DNA of 20,000 bases from Piedraia hortae CBS 480.64 (Eukaryota), in NCBI GenBank assembly GCA_010093745.1, contig MU005966.1, positions 47,983 to 67,982 on the forward strand, written 5' to 3'. Under the pieces are notes generated by a model that made no database searches, was not told the origin of the DNA, and saw only the letters and a list, made by a program, of their open reading frames with translations. Position 1 is the stretch's first letter. Each line of letters begins with the position of its first letter. Of this stretch, positions 7,265 to 17,730 are shown in pieces. The position numbers and the translations under genes are program-made.

Positions 7265-8506
7265 ATGGCAACAAAGAGTAAGTTGGACCGCATCGTGTTG
7301 ATGCCCGTAGGCACGATTGGATGCGGCAAGACGACGCTCGCAGCAACGCTGCAGAAGCTGTTTGGCTGGGCTCACGTCCAGAATGACGATGTGAACGTCA
7401 AGTCGGGCAAGGCGCGTGCGTTTGCCATGTCCTGCGTGCAGGAGCTGAAGAGCCACGCAGCGGTGGTGGCAGACCGCAACAACCACCTGCGGCGGGAGCG
7501 AGACCAGCTGATGGTCGACGTGGCCGCCAAGGTGCGCACGAGATTGGTGTGTCTGCATTACGTCCATGATGTAGCGAACGTTGGCCGCATCCAGAGAATC
7601 ACGCAGGCCAGGGTCATTGAGCGCGGCGACAACCATCAGACGATCAAAATGTCGAACGGCGTTGAGCAGGTCTTCGATATCATGAAGGGCTTCATCGACC
7701 GCTTCGAACCGGTTAATGTCAAACAGTCGCCTGACGATCAATTTGACCTCGTCATCAATCTCGACCCGTGTGCATCGACCGCCGACAACGTGGAAGTTGT
7801 ACTGCGAGACATGTGCAAGGCGTATCCAGGTCTTATCTCCAACGTACCGAATAAGGCTGCAATTCATGCAGCTGTCCGGGGTAAACATATACCGTCAGGG
7901 CCTGCGCTTACGACCCAGCCATCTACCCTCCAGGTAGGACTGTCTGCACCCAAGGTAGAGCAGTTACCCAGGGGACCGCCATCCGCTTTCGCGGTACAGC
8001 AGAAGCTGCAGCCGCCTGCAATGAAAGTTGTGTATTTTGCCGTGCACGTTCCGTCTGATCGCGTGGTTCAGCTCCTGGACGACGTCTTTCGCGACGTCGA
8101 GGCCCAAGTTAGCGACATGTACCGAATGCTGAAGAAGGGTAATCGTTTACAGCGCACATTTCACGTCACGCTCATCCACCGAGCATCCTCTGGACAGCAT
8201 GCTGATTATTGGAACAAGTTGATGAAGCAGCAGCAGCTCACCAACGGCCCGCTGGGCCAGTGTCGCGTGCGCATGGAAAGGGTTGTATGGGACTCTGAAG
8301 TCATGGCGTTTGTTGTGCGTCTCGAAGGGAGATTTCGCTCAGTTAACAACGTTGCGCATATCACGGTAGGGACGGTGTCAGACGCGGTGAAGCCGGCTCA
8401 GGCGAATGTTATGCTGGACAAATGGCTTAGGGAGGAGGGTGGAAGTGATATCATGGTTGATGGCGTGGTCGAGCTGGAGGGTGCAGCAAAGGCGTTTACG
8501 TATTAA
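7265..8506 (+). CDS. Trl1-type polynucleotide kinase + 2',3'-cyclic phosphodiesterase (tRNA ligase 'healing' domains) with no ligase domain, 413 aa
   Basis: First ATG at 7265. Kinase: VLMPVGTIGCGKTT (P-loop), HVQNDD, ADRNNH, RVIERGDNHQTI. CPD 2H motifs FHVTLIHR and AHITVGT. These match the central and C-terminal domains of fungal Trl1. Confidence 0.9.
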   Translation: MATKSKLDRIVLMPVGTIGCGKTTLAATLQKLFGWAHVQNDDVNVKSGKARAFAMSCVQELKSHAAVVADRNNHLRRERDQLMVDVAAKVRTRLVCLHYVHDVANVGRIQRITQARVIERGDNHQTIKMSNGVEQVFDIMKGFIDRFEPVNVKQSPDDQFDLVINLDPCASTADNVEVVLRDMCKAYPGLISNVPNKAAIHAAVRGKHIPSGPALTTQPSTLQVGLSAPKVEQLPRGPPSAFAVQQKLQPPAMKVVYFAVHVPSDRVVQLLDDVFRDVEAQVSDMYRMLKKGNRLQRTFHVTLIHRASSGQHADYWNKLMKQQQLTNGPLGQCRVRMERVVWDSEVMAFVVRLEGRFRSVNNVAHITVGTVSDAVKPAQANVMLDKWLREEGGSDIMVDGVVELEGAAKAFTY

Positions 8507-8683
8507 TCTGCATGTATGCTGCAGGTCCGACATTCCAACATGAATGACCAACTCGATGGTACCATAAGCGTTCAGGCTGATGGAACGCCGAGGACAGGCT
8601 AGATAACGCCACCAGGTAAGCACGCTATTCAAAAGGCCCTTTTGCCCCCCCCTTCCTCCCCCTCCTCCCCCCCCCCCCTTACA

Positions 8684-10090
8684 ATGGCGATTTTCGGTGA
8701 TCCAGAAAAAGGGGAGGATAAGTTCAAGGCCGAGGACGATGGGTCGCCAATTGACACAATTGCGGCGCTTGTGCAGGAAGATCACCAGCATGATATCAAG
8801 TTGCGCACAATGTCTTGGCAAAAGGCCGCTTGGCTTCTTGCCGGCGACCAGGTCTGTCTTGCTATCATGGCCCAGACATGGTCACTGTCGGTATTGGGCT
8901 GGGTGCCGGGACTCATAACAATGCTGGTAGCTGGTGTCTTCTTCTGGTTCACTTCGATGACGATGCACAAGTTCATCATGAGGCACAGCCATATTCGCGA
9001 CATTTGCGACTTTGCGTCGTACTGCGTGGGTGGCTCGAGGATTGCGTACGAGGCAGCAGGCGTGATGCTCACTATCAACAATGTCATGATCATCGGCTTT
9101 CACATCTTTACCGGTGCAAAAATAATCAATACACTGAGCGACCATGCACATTGTACCGTCATCTACTCCGTCATTGTCATGATATTGGGCATCATTATGA
9201 GCCTGCCTCGCACCTTGCGCCATGTCAGTCTCATGAGCATGTTTTCAGCGGCCTGTATGGCCCTTTCTATCTTGCTGTTTGTCGTCTACGTTGGCATCGA
9301 AGACGCTCCATCCAATGGACCTGGCAAAAAGGTCTACCCCCAACTTGGGCCGGTAAAATCTTACAACTACCCACCCAAGGGGACCAGTTTCGTCGGCATT
9401 ATGAATGCCGTCTTAAACATCACCTTTCTCTGGGTGCCTCAGATCCTGTTTCCGACCTTTATTGCGGAAATGGAACGGCCTCAGGACTTTCCAAAGGCTC
9501 TTGCCGTGCTGACAGCCATCTCGGCTGTGCTGTTCACCGTTCCGCCCGCCATTGGCTTCTACTTTCTTGGGCAGTACTCGACTGCCCCGGCATTTGGCAG
9601 CCTCGGCCTGCCCAAGTTCAAGAAGTCGTCGTTTGCGTTTGTCATTGTGCCGACGCTTGTCATTGGCGTCATCTATGCAAATGTCAGCGCAAAGTTCATC
9701 TATAACCGCATCATGGGCTCGTCAAGACATGCGCATAGCCATACTGTCACCGGCTGGTCGGCATGGATCGCGGTGATGGCGACCATCTGGGCTGTGGCCT
9801 TCATTTTTGCTGAGGTGATTCCGTCCATGGGCGATTTCTTGTCTCTGCTCGGCGCCGCTTTTGACTCTTTCTTTGGATTCATCTTCTTTGCGCTGGCATA
9901 TTTCAATATGCATCGGGGCAACTACTTTGCTGGGGCAAAGCGGTCGCTTGCAACTATTGGTCACGTCCTCGTTATGTTGGCGGGTTTGTTCTTGCTTGGA
10001 CCTGGCCTCTACGCTGCCGTTGATGCCATCATAGATGATTATTCCGGGTCTACAACGCCTGCCTTTACGTGTGCAGATTCGTCTCTGTAA
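8684..10090 (+). CDS. Amino acid permease, AAAP/Aa_trans family (fungal Mtr-like neutral amino acid transporter), 468 aa
   Basis: ATG 8684 in ACAATGG context after a C-rich tract. LRTMSWQKAA, LGWVPGLI, IRDICD, SLPRTL, FIAEMERPQDFPKAL, FAEVIPSMGDFLSLLGA; about 11 TM segments. Confidence 0.92.
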   Translation: MAIFGDPEKGEDKFKAEDDGSPIDTIAALVQEDHQHDIKLRTMSWQKAAWLLAGDQVCLAIMAQTWSLSVLGWVPGLITMLVAGVFFWFTSMTMHKFIMRHSHIRDICDFASYCVGGSRIAYEAAGVMLTINNVMIIGFHIFTGAKIINTLSDHAHCTVIYSVIVMILGIIMSLPRTLRHVSLMSMFSAACMALSILLFVVYVGIEDAPSNGPGKKVYPQLGPVKSYNYPPKGTSFVGIMNAVLNITFLWVPQILFPTFIAEMERPQDFPKALAVLTAISAVLFTVPPAIGFYFLGQYSTAPAFGSLGLPKFKKSSFAFVIVPTLVIGVIYANVSAKFIYNRIMGSSRHAHSHTVTGWSAWIAVMATIWAVAFIFAEVIPSMGDFLSLLGAAFDSFFGFIFFALAYFNMHRGNYFAGAKRSLATIGHVLVMLAGLFLLGPGLYAAVDAIIDDYSGSTTPAFTCADSSL

Positions 10091-10342
10091 TTTTGAACCG
10101 TTTATGCTTAGACATATTCTTGTGCTCCCGTACATACCCAGATCAGATAAGACTTGGTCTTTCAAGCAATATTCGCTGTCACATCTAACGATTCGACTCA
10201 TTAAAATTGACACCTTGGTGCAAACCTTTCAGCCCCGTTCCACTCACTGTCCACTCAACACTGCAACCTATTAGTCTGAAGGCCAACCATCAAGATCTAC
10301 CCTCTGTTATCTTACCACTTTGTAATTCACCATTTATTAGAA

Positions 10343-11455
10343 TCACCGCGTCCCATTAACCCCCTTCCTCCCCTCTCCCAACTGTCCAGCAACGCATGCC
10401 GCCTCCCTGACCGCTCTGGCGACCGCACCTCTCACATTCCCCTCCTCCAGCACCAGAAGCCCACCAATCGTACACCCTCCGGGGGTGCAGACTTTATCCC
10501 TCAGCACAGCGGGATGTTCCTTTCCCTCGAGCAGCAACGCCGTAGTACCGCGCATCGTCTGCGTCGCCATGATATAAGCCTCCTCCCTAGGAACACCCAT
10601 CGCGATCGCGCCAGCAGCCATACTCTCCACCAGCAACGCCACAAAAGCAGGCCCAGATCCACACAACGCCGTGCAAGCATCCATGCAGCTCGCCGGTAAG
10701 CTCACCACCCGCCCGATCTTCGAGAAGATATACTCCACCACTGCGCGATCAGTAGTCGTTACTGCTGTTCCACCTTTCCCTTCCCCATTCTCAATCGAAA
10801 CAACAGACATACTCTCCCTCACCGCAGCAGCCGTATTGGGCATGACCCTCACAACCCTACACCCCCCATCCAGAAACCCACGAATCGTCCCCTCCGTAAT
10901 TCCCGCACATATACTAACCAGCAACTTCCCCCTCAACGCCTCACCAATTCCATCACCACTCAACACCTTCTCCACAGCATACGGCTTTACGCAAAGCAGA
11001 ACCACATTCGCGGCGCGCAGCGCGGGGAGTATATCCCCTACATGGACCGTAACCCCCGACGCGAGCGTGCCAAGTTCGGTTTTTATGCGCCCCGCACCCC
11101 GCGCGCTTGGCACGCACGCGTGGAATCTCGTAGGGATGGGGAGGGCTGAGTCGTTTCGCGCGGGTATGCCCGCATCTGAGCTGGAGAGGAGACCCCGCAG
11201 GATCGCGATGCCCATTGTTCCGCAGCCGAGAACGGTTAGTGTTGATTCATTCCCAGTGGGGTTGTGGGTATGAATGCTATCGCTGGAATTGGTGTTGGAA
11301 TCCATGGTATCGCCGTTGCTGGTGGTCGTTTTGCTATTGCCGCCGGCGTAGGGATGCAGTTCCGCAAACTTCTTCCGTAGCTCGGCTTCTTGCGCAGCGA
11401 GAGTTGCTTCGAGGATCCAGTTGGGTGTTAGTTCCCGTTCGGGTTGTTCAGGCAT
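10343..11455 (-). CDS. PRO3: Pyrroline-5-carboxylate reductase
   Basis: VLGCGTMG Rossmann motif, VLLCVKP, RVMPN, TALCGSGPAF, VCTPGGCTI. Start uncertain: ATG 11455 next to the poly-A run and gap, or ATG 11305. Confidence 0.93.
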   Translation of the reverse strand: MPEQPERELTPNWILEATLAAQEAELRKKFAELHPYAGGNSKTTTSNGDTMDSNTNSSDSIHTHNPTGNESTLTVLGCGTMGIAILRGLLSSSDAGIPARNDSALPIPTRFHACVPSARGAGRIKTELGTLASGVTVHVGDILPALRAANVVLLCVKPYAVEKVLSGDGIGEALRGKLLVSICAGITEGTIRGFLDGGCRVVRVMPNTAAAVRESMSVVSIENGEGKGGTAVTTTDRAVVEYIFSKIGRVVSLPASCMDACTALCGSGPAFVALLVESMAAGAIAMGVPREEAYIMATQTMRGTTALLLEGKEHPAVLRDKVCTPGGCTIGGLLVLEEGNVRGAVARAVREAACVAGQLGEGRKGVNGTR

Positions 11456-11472
11456 CTTTTTTTTTTTTTTTT

Positions 11473-11712
11473 NNNNNNNNNNNNNNNNNNNNNNNNNNNN
11501 NNNNNNNNNNNNNNNNNNNNNNNNNNNNNNNNNNNNNNNNNNNNNNNNNNNNNNNNNNNNNNNNNNNNNNNNNNNNNNNNNNNNNNNNNNNNNNNNNNNN
11601 NNNNNNNNNNNNNNNNNNNNNNNNNNNNNNNNNNNNNNNNNNNNNNNNNNNNNNNNNNNNNNNNNNNNNNNNNNNNNNNNNNNNNNNNNNNNNNNNNNNN
11701 NNNNNNNNNNNN
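11473..11712. other. Assembly gap (240 N) flanked by a poly-T homopolymer
   Basis: Run of N preceded by 16 T (11457-11472). Confidence 0.99.
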
Positions 11713-12329
11713 AAGGTTTAAAAAGTGTGACTGCATGATGGTTTATTCCTTGTCTGTGAATAGCGATTAAGCAGAAAAAAATCTCGGCGTCACAGCTCCC
11801 TGCTCCGCATCTATCACGACAGGTTGCGGTATATCTCGATGGTCGTAGCACTTGGTACATAGGGGGGACTTCAGGTTCTGATACGGAGTGGAGACACAGT
11901 AGTACCACAGTGAGTAGGGGAGGTACGTGTCAGAAGCTCAGAGCACGTCACCGTAGTGTAATTTTCGAGCACCGTGGCACCATAGCGTCAAGTGACTTGA
12001 CACACTTATCCAAAACCTGGAGTTTCTCCTAAATAGACTTTTGCGTGTCGTAGCACTTGGTGAGGTCTTCGCATCTTGGCCAATGCAATGCTTTCACAAT
12101 TGGCAGATGCGTGAATCAGGGGTCCAAGAACACCGAAAGTGAATGGTCGTTCCCAGTAAGTGTAGAGATTTGGCTCTCGTGGGTGAGAGTGCGCAGCGAC
12201 CCGAAGAGGACGGAGCGATAGACGGAACCAGGAACAGGACAGTTGTAGATGTGTATGAGTTCATATTAGTGTCGATATGACAGTGTGAATGACCTGCTAT
12301 GCAAGTGCCCTGCATACGCGCTAGCGGCG

Positions 12330-12915
12330 ATGCTTGAATTCAAGAGTAAGTGCGAGGAGCGATTAGGAAAAAGTGAACCAGATTCGGAGCGAGAAATGAG
12401 GCCGATTTTACTGGCTGACGATGAGAGGCAATACTGCTTGCTGCAGGTCCAACCCCACATAAAACTATCCCGGAGACGCAGCAGCCAATGGGATAATTAC
12501 GGCTTCGTTGCCGTTCAGGAAACGGACTCCCTAGTTTCCCCTTGTGCGGCGCTAAGAATCATGCTGGAGTGCCTTGATAAGACGGTCGTTCTGACGAGAA
12601 ATTGCAGCAAGTCCAGCTGCTGGAATTGTACGAGCAGAGTAATGTTCCACAAAGGATATGGATAAGGAACTACCAGACTTTGATTGCCGAAATCCATGAA
12701 CGAATGGTTGTGGACTCCATGATTTTCAACGGCGACGCCCATCGAGTCAAGCTCATCAAGCGAGAGGTTAATTGCAAGGCCGGGCGCTACCACCATTATC
12801 CATTCGGTGGCACAAATGCACTCTGGGTCCGCAGTTTGGCAGAAGCTGTGCAAACTTTAGGGAAACATAAGGTACATGTCGAAAGACGGATGGGGAAATA
12901 GATGGGGACGATTGA
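12330..12915 (+). pseudogene. Relic copy 1 of a repeated uncharacterised gene family
   Basis: LQQVQLLELY...IWIRNYQTLIAEIHE...GRYHHYPFGGTNALWVRSLAEAVQTLG aligns by eye with the copies at 13963-14710 and 15842-16160. Apparent frameshift near 12600. Homology upstream of ~12560 is not established. Confidence 0.65.
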
Positions 12916-13457
12916 AACGGTCGATACAGAAGCTCAACAGCAGTTGTGATTCACTTAGATAGACGTAAAATGTGTTGGCATGAAGCCTCGTTGCCATGAG
13001 TGTACGATGCCACTGCGCGACACCTCTTACACCAGCAGCTGCACCCTAGGTTTTGTCCTCACAGAGGTTTCCCTTAGGATCATGTCGCATGCAACATAGT
13101 GAATGCGCCCTGCTACTGGCAGAGGTGAGTCATCGAGTAAGACTGCATGCTGGCGGTCTTACTGCATGTATGACCACTTGCTTACGGTCATACAATTGAT
13201 GACTCTTCATACGAGATTACGCAATGGCCTACCGGTCCAGAATATATTCTCTGATGTCCCCTCGTAGATAAACTTGTATTCACTTGTACACACATCTCTA
13301 CTCTCCAGCCTTCGTTCTCATTCGCACATATGATCTGTTTCAAAATGAACAGCAACAATAACTGAGAGTTGTATGGTCGATGGCTTTGTGCATGTCAAGA
13401 GTCTACGCACTTATTGAGTCCTCCGTCGACGAGCGACTGGTTCGTTTTGTTATTTAG

Positions 13458-13690
13458 CCATGTCTTTGCTATGTCTTTGCTGATCTTCTCAGCTTGTGGA
13501 GAGAGGGGGTTAGCACTCGAATCAATAACTGGAGGAAGAAGATTGCTAAGTGTTCGACCACCCTATACCATCATGATTGGCATGGTAGAGTTCCATTTCG
13601 TTTGATTCAGGGGTTGCTTCCTGTTCCAAGAGTCCATACAAACTACAGTAAACAATTAAGGTCTTTCAGATCGATGACCATACATGTTAA
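13458..13690 (+). pseudogene. Possible highly diverged fourth relic of the same family
   Basis: ADLLSLWREGVSTRINNWRKKIAKC...PFRLIQGLL loosely parallels VQLLELY...IWIRNY / RNFRELVRDC...PCELIPGKL. The similarity is weak and by eye only. Confidence 0.3.
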
Positions 13691-13962
13691 GCTTAGACGG
13701 CGAACGTTTGCCGCTAAGTAGCTTTAAACCAATGATTTGAGCGAGTATCATAGAAGATCATACAGTGCATCCAACCTAAACACAAGCGATCATTATCTGT
13801 TTGGCCATGCAATAAATCAGGCGCTTTGATTGCTTTCACTATCCCATCAATTATTGCGGTGTTTCCACGATAGAATGATGCATGAGTGCTAGGCTCTTAC
13901 AGTCTAGGGATCACGGATACATAAACGTTTTGATTATGGATACGCATACCGGAAACTAACAT

Positions 13963-14710
13963 TTACCTATTGTCATCGACGCTTGGAACCCAACTTGGCG
14001 AGTGTATGCTATTTATACCCAGCGTTCTGACAGTCTCACCCAGGCTCCGTGCCCAGTAAACACCCGCGCCACCCCTAGGATAGATGCGGTATCTACCAAA
14101 CTCTCCACTAAGCTTTCCAGGAATTAATTCGCAAGGGGGAGTTTCCTCTCCAGTGTTCAAAGCGTTGGGAATAAAAAGCTCCTGAATCTCCTCAACCAGA
14201 ACACTGTAGTTTCTTAACCGGAAACAAGAAGAAAGGTGCTTAAGGCAGTGAATTTCCAGCACTTTAACTTCTCTCACCTGGTTTCTTCCAACGGTAAATG
14301 CAGCTTGATAAAACCAGCAATGCTTCTGCAGAAACTCTTACCGAAAGTCGATAGGTTGAATCTCCAACTTTAGCAAGTCGAGATGGAGGTTTGCGCATTC
14401 AAAAGGCAGGCCCCACCACGCCTGGCCAATAACCGCGCGGTCCTTTCTGGACGCATCGACAAGCAGTGTTAGTCTCTTGATTGAGGCAAAGGTATCTGGC
14501 TGTAAACGTTTCACTCTCATCGCGAATGTCAGCGGAAGACACCGACTTCTTCATGCGAAGGGAGGAACGGTGGAATGCAAGAAGTCGAGCCTCGTTGTTG
14601 ATCTATTTGCAGGCAAGGAGGAGGGAAAGGTCTTTAGCGCTGCTGGCTTCTTCGAACGCGAGCGCGTAGATTTCATTGCGGATCTCCGGCGGCATCGTTA
14701 ATAAAGACAT
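13963..14710 (-). pseudogene. Relic copy 2 (most complete): fungal F-box-like N-terminus plus family C-terminal domain
   Basis: From ATG 14710: MSLLTMPPEIRNEIYALAF...LSLLLACK*INNEARLLAF, with TAG at 14603-14605. Frameshift ~14520-14550 into RVKRLQPDTFASIKRLTL, TAA at 14338-14340, then VREVKVLEI...RLRNYSVLVEEI...GRYRIYPRGGAGVYWARSLGETVRTLG. Confidence 0.75.
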
Positions 14711-15841
14711 TGCGTCGGGAATCATAAAAGGCCGCTGGATAGAGAAAATGTTGGCTAAATAAGGTTGTCGAAGCGTAGTGTTATGCGTACGAATCGACGC
14801 CCACGGTAAGAGTGACAGAAAGTGTGGAGTGCAGTGTGTGGAGTTGGGGGTACGACGTACTTAGGTAATCTAAGCCCCACTGATTTGTGCTCGGCCACCG
14901 ATCTGGAGCTTAAAAGAGTCAGTGCGTGGAGAACCGGCCATGGTACCGGAATGCCAAGGGGGCTTAGTCTCAGCTTTGGTGTCAACCAGAGTCATAATTA
15001 TGTTTCATTTTACTCTACCCCGTGCTGTCAGTCGACATGTCAGTTCCGTGAACCGTACTATGGTTCAGCAAGTGGAGGTTTTCCTACAATAGCAGGGAAA
15101 CCTTCACAGGGGAAGAAACCCAGATGCTCCTGAGATACCTATATGCTCACGTTCTCACAGCAACACGGCTCAAAGCCAATTATTGATAAGATAGCGGTAT
15201 TCATCAGGTTGCCTGGTACATGGCGAAGAGAAAAAGTGGATAATCACTCATGTATCGTTTGTTCAATTTTATGTTGGCGTAAATAGCTCATTCTTGCCTG
15301 CTTAGCAACAAACGTACTGCTTCAGATTTCGGCAGTGCATTCGACATGACGACGTCCTTTGACGCGACCACGACCCATGGCGAACAACTTCGGTGAGGTA
15401 AAGACCTAGGATGTCCGGTACCCTATCTACCTCAGTCAAGCGTCTGATAACTTATTATGACATCAGGTGGTGGCGAAACTGAACACCAATTGAGAATATT
15501 GCCCCAAGCTTCTGGGGTTGATACTGATCCTTTTGAGCTATAGCATGATCAACTAACAGGACGAGCCAATTTGTCAATGATATAATGTTTAACTAGTGGA
15601 TGGCTTGTTACATGCACAAAGCCATTGACCACACAAAGTTTGCCAACATTCAACTGTCTTCATCTCAGGGTGTACGCCATTTCGCAGTCTATTCCATGTT
15701 TCGAGCCCAATATACGTCTACACCGCTGAATGGGTATATATGATAACGCCCGAACTCGAGACCAATCTCTGCCTGAACTAACCCGATTTGAGGAGCATCA
15801 CCTTGAAGAAACATGAAGTCTGCGTAAAACCTCCACGCTGT

Positions 15842-16160
15842 CTAGAATGTATGAATAGGCACAAAGATAGCTGACATCCAACTGTCGCCATCAAGGCTTG
15901 GTATCCGATTTTGGAACATACTGCCCGTCTCTCTCAGCATCTCGAAAGTATCGGCCACACTCCGTACCCAGTGTACGCCCGCGCTGCCTAGTGGGCGAAT
16001 GCGGTATCGTCCAGACCCCCCATCAACCTTTCCATCAACAAGTTCGAATTCGGGGACCATTCCTACTACGCATAATGCCACTGGGGAGAACCAGCACATC
16101 ATAACAGTCCCTCACCAGTTCTCGGAAATTCCTCTGCCAGATACTACACTGCCAACCCCG
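15842..16160 (-). pseudogene. Relic copy 3 (C-terminal fragment) of the same family
   Basis: IWQRNFRELVRDCYDVLVLPSG in one frame, then a frameshift (~16060) to FELVDGKVDGGSGRYRIRPLGSAGVHWVRSVADTFEML...IPSLDGD. Confidence 0.7.
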
Positions 16161-16574
16161 CAAAACATTGATTCATAATTTATGTCAAAATGTTTAATAG
16201 TGAATACAACAGTCCAAACAATAACTATACAATACCCCATGCAATACTCTTACAAGGGTCCAACCAACATTGGCTGAACTCTTCTGACAACAATTGATTC
16301 AAGTCTTGCTCGACTACAGACACAAGTGCCGTTGCATTATCTTATTAACATTTGGTGGAAAGCAGGCTCAGCCCCCATACCGCCCATACATCGGATATCA
16401 AATGATTCGATTAATATGGTTCACAAAGATGTATATGATGATATACACAGGCTACGTACTGGTCGCCTGAAAGACGCCTCCGTCTTCCGTCCATCCGCAC
16501 ACTTCCAAATCCTCCTCCAGGATACGTTGCCTAAGAAACATCAGAAATCATAGAATCGAAAGTGCAGATAGTAC

Positions 16575-17730
16575 CTACCTCGCAGCTTCGCCTAAGTCCC
16601 GGTAGGCGCGGTCAGACTTAGCGAAGAATTGCATATCCAGGCGGGCGGAGGACGTTGGCCGAGCCTGGTCGGCCTTCCACCGCTGCGCGTATAGCAATCA
16701 GCGAAAGTAATTTGAATTTGATCCGGGCAATGAAACTCACCCAAACCGCCGCGGCCTCCGCCATAGCCGTCGTCACCTGCGACGGCCGGACCCCGTCCTA
16801 GCCGCTGAGGACCCGAACAACCTCGAACAGCGCGGGGCCGTTCCCCACGGTGTTCAGACGATCCCGGACGTAGGCCAGGGCCCGGCCGCGCCAAGTTGGG
16901 ATGTCCTTTCTGACAATCCTAAGCTGCTGCTCGGACACAATACCCCGGCGAAGAAGCTCCTCCTGGATAGGTTAGCCACACGACTTGTCTTGTTCCGGTA
17001 CAAGGGTGAGAGCTCACCACCAGGGCGTTGGTACTACGCCAAATTTCGGCGTTGTAGAGCTCGAAGTGAAGCATTCGCCTCATGGCCTTTTGTATGGACT
17101 GCTTTTCATTAGTGATGACCATGCTGATCGGCTCCAACTTGCCGCCTGCAACTCCTTGGCAACCGCAGGCGTCCCCTGCCCCCGAATTTCCTGTAGATGC
17201 CGAATGATTTCAGCATTCTGCTCTGCCAGCAAGCTGGCTAGCCCAGCAGGGGGCTCTTCTACCGCCGCCGCCGAAGGCTGGGTGCTGGCCGTAAGTAACG
17301 GCGCAGCATCCGCCGCCGCCCCACCGGCACGCAACGATGCTTGCGGTCGTGGTGCACGAGGGGCGACCCTTCGGGGAGGCAGCATCGATGATGCTGCCTG
17401 GGAAGGCTCTGGTGGAGATGGCGCCGGAGAAGACAGTGCCGAACGGGCCAGGGCTTGCGGAGGCGGTATTGTCTCCAATGGAGACGGCGAACGCGGCATA
17501 GCAACAGGCGAATGAGATGACCCCTGGGGAGTCGGCGATCGCGCGAACGGCCGCAGTCGGGTTACACGCCGACCTATAGTAGACGACGGCCACGCAGTCG
17601 TCTTTGCAACCCTCAAGTCAGACTGTTCGTCTGCGGCAGGGCGGTCGACTTGGACGCGTTTGCCAGGTCGAGATGCTTCATTGCTTGTGGTATTCACGCG
17701 CTTCTTGCTTTCCTTTTTCTTGGGAGGCAT
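16575..17730 (-). pseudogene. Disrupted three-exon gene for a hypothetical protein (basic N-terminus, P/S/A-rich region, helical C-terminal part)
   Basis: ATG 17730 MPPKKKESKKR. Frameshift ~17138 (ELQAA/KLEPISMVI). Phase-0 introns 17017-16963 (GTGAGC..GCTAAC..CAG) and 16740-16683 (GTGAGT..GCTGAT..CAG). In-frame TAG at 16798-16800; final stop at 16575-16577. Confidence 0.65.

Noticed and set aside
8645..8678. Poly-C tract (possible G-quadruplex on the minus strand)
   Set aside because: An ordinary CT-rich fungal 5' leader; no evidence of a special function.
8815..9705. 296-aa overlapping ORF within the permease gene
   Set aside because: Alternative-frame artefact without an ATG start or a protein-like composition.
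11835..11900. tRNA-like A-box (TAGCACTTGGT) with downstream GGTTC
   Set aside because: No cloverleaf stems or proper B-box/T-loop could be formed.
11215..11908. ORFs spanning the N gap, including the 521-aa version of PRO3
   Set aside because: Artefacts of translating through Ns.
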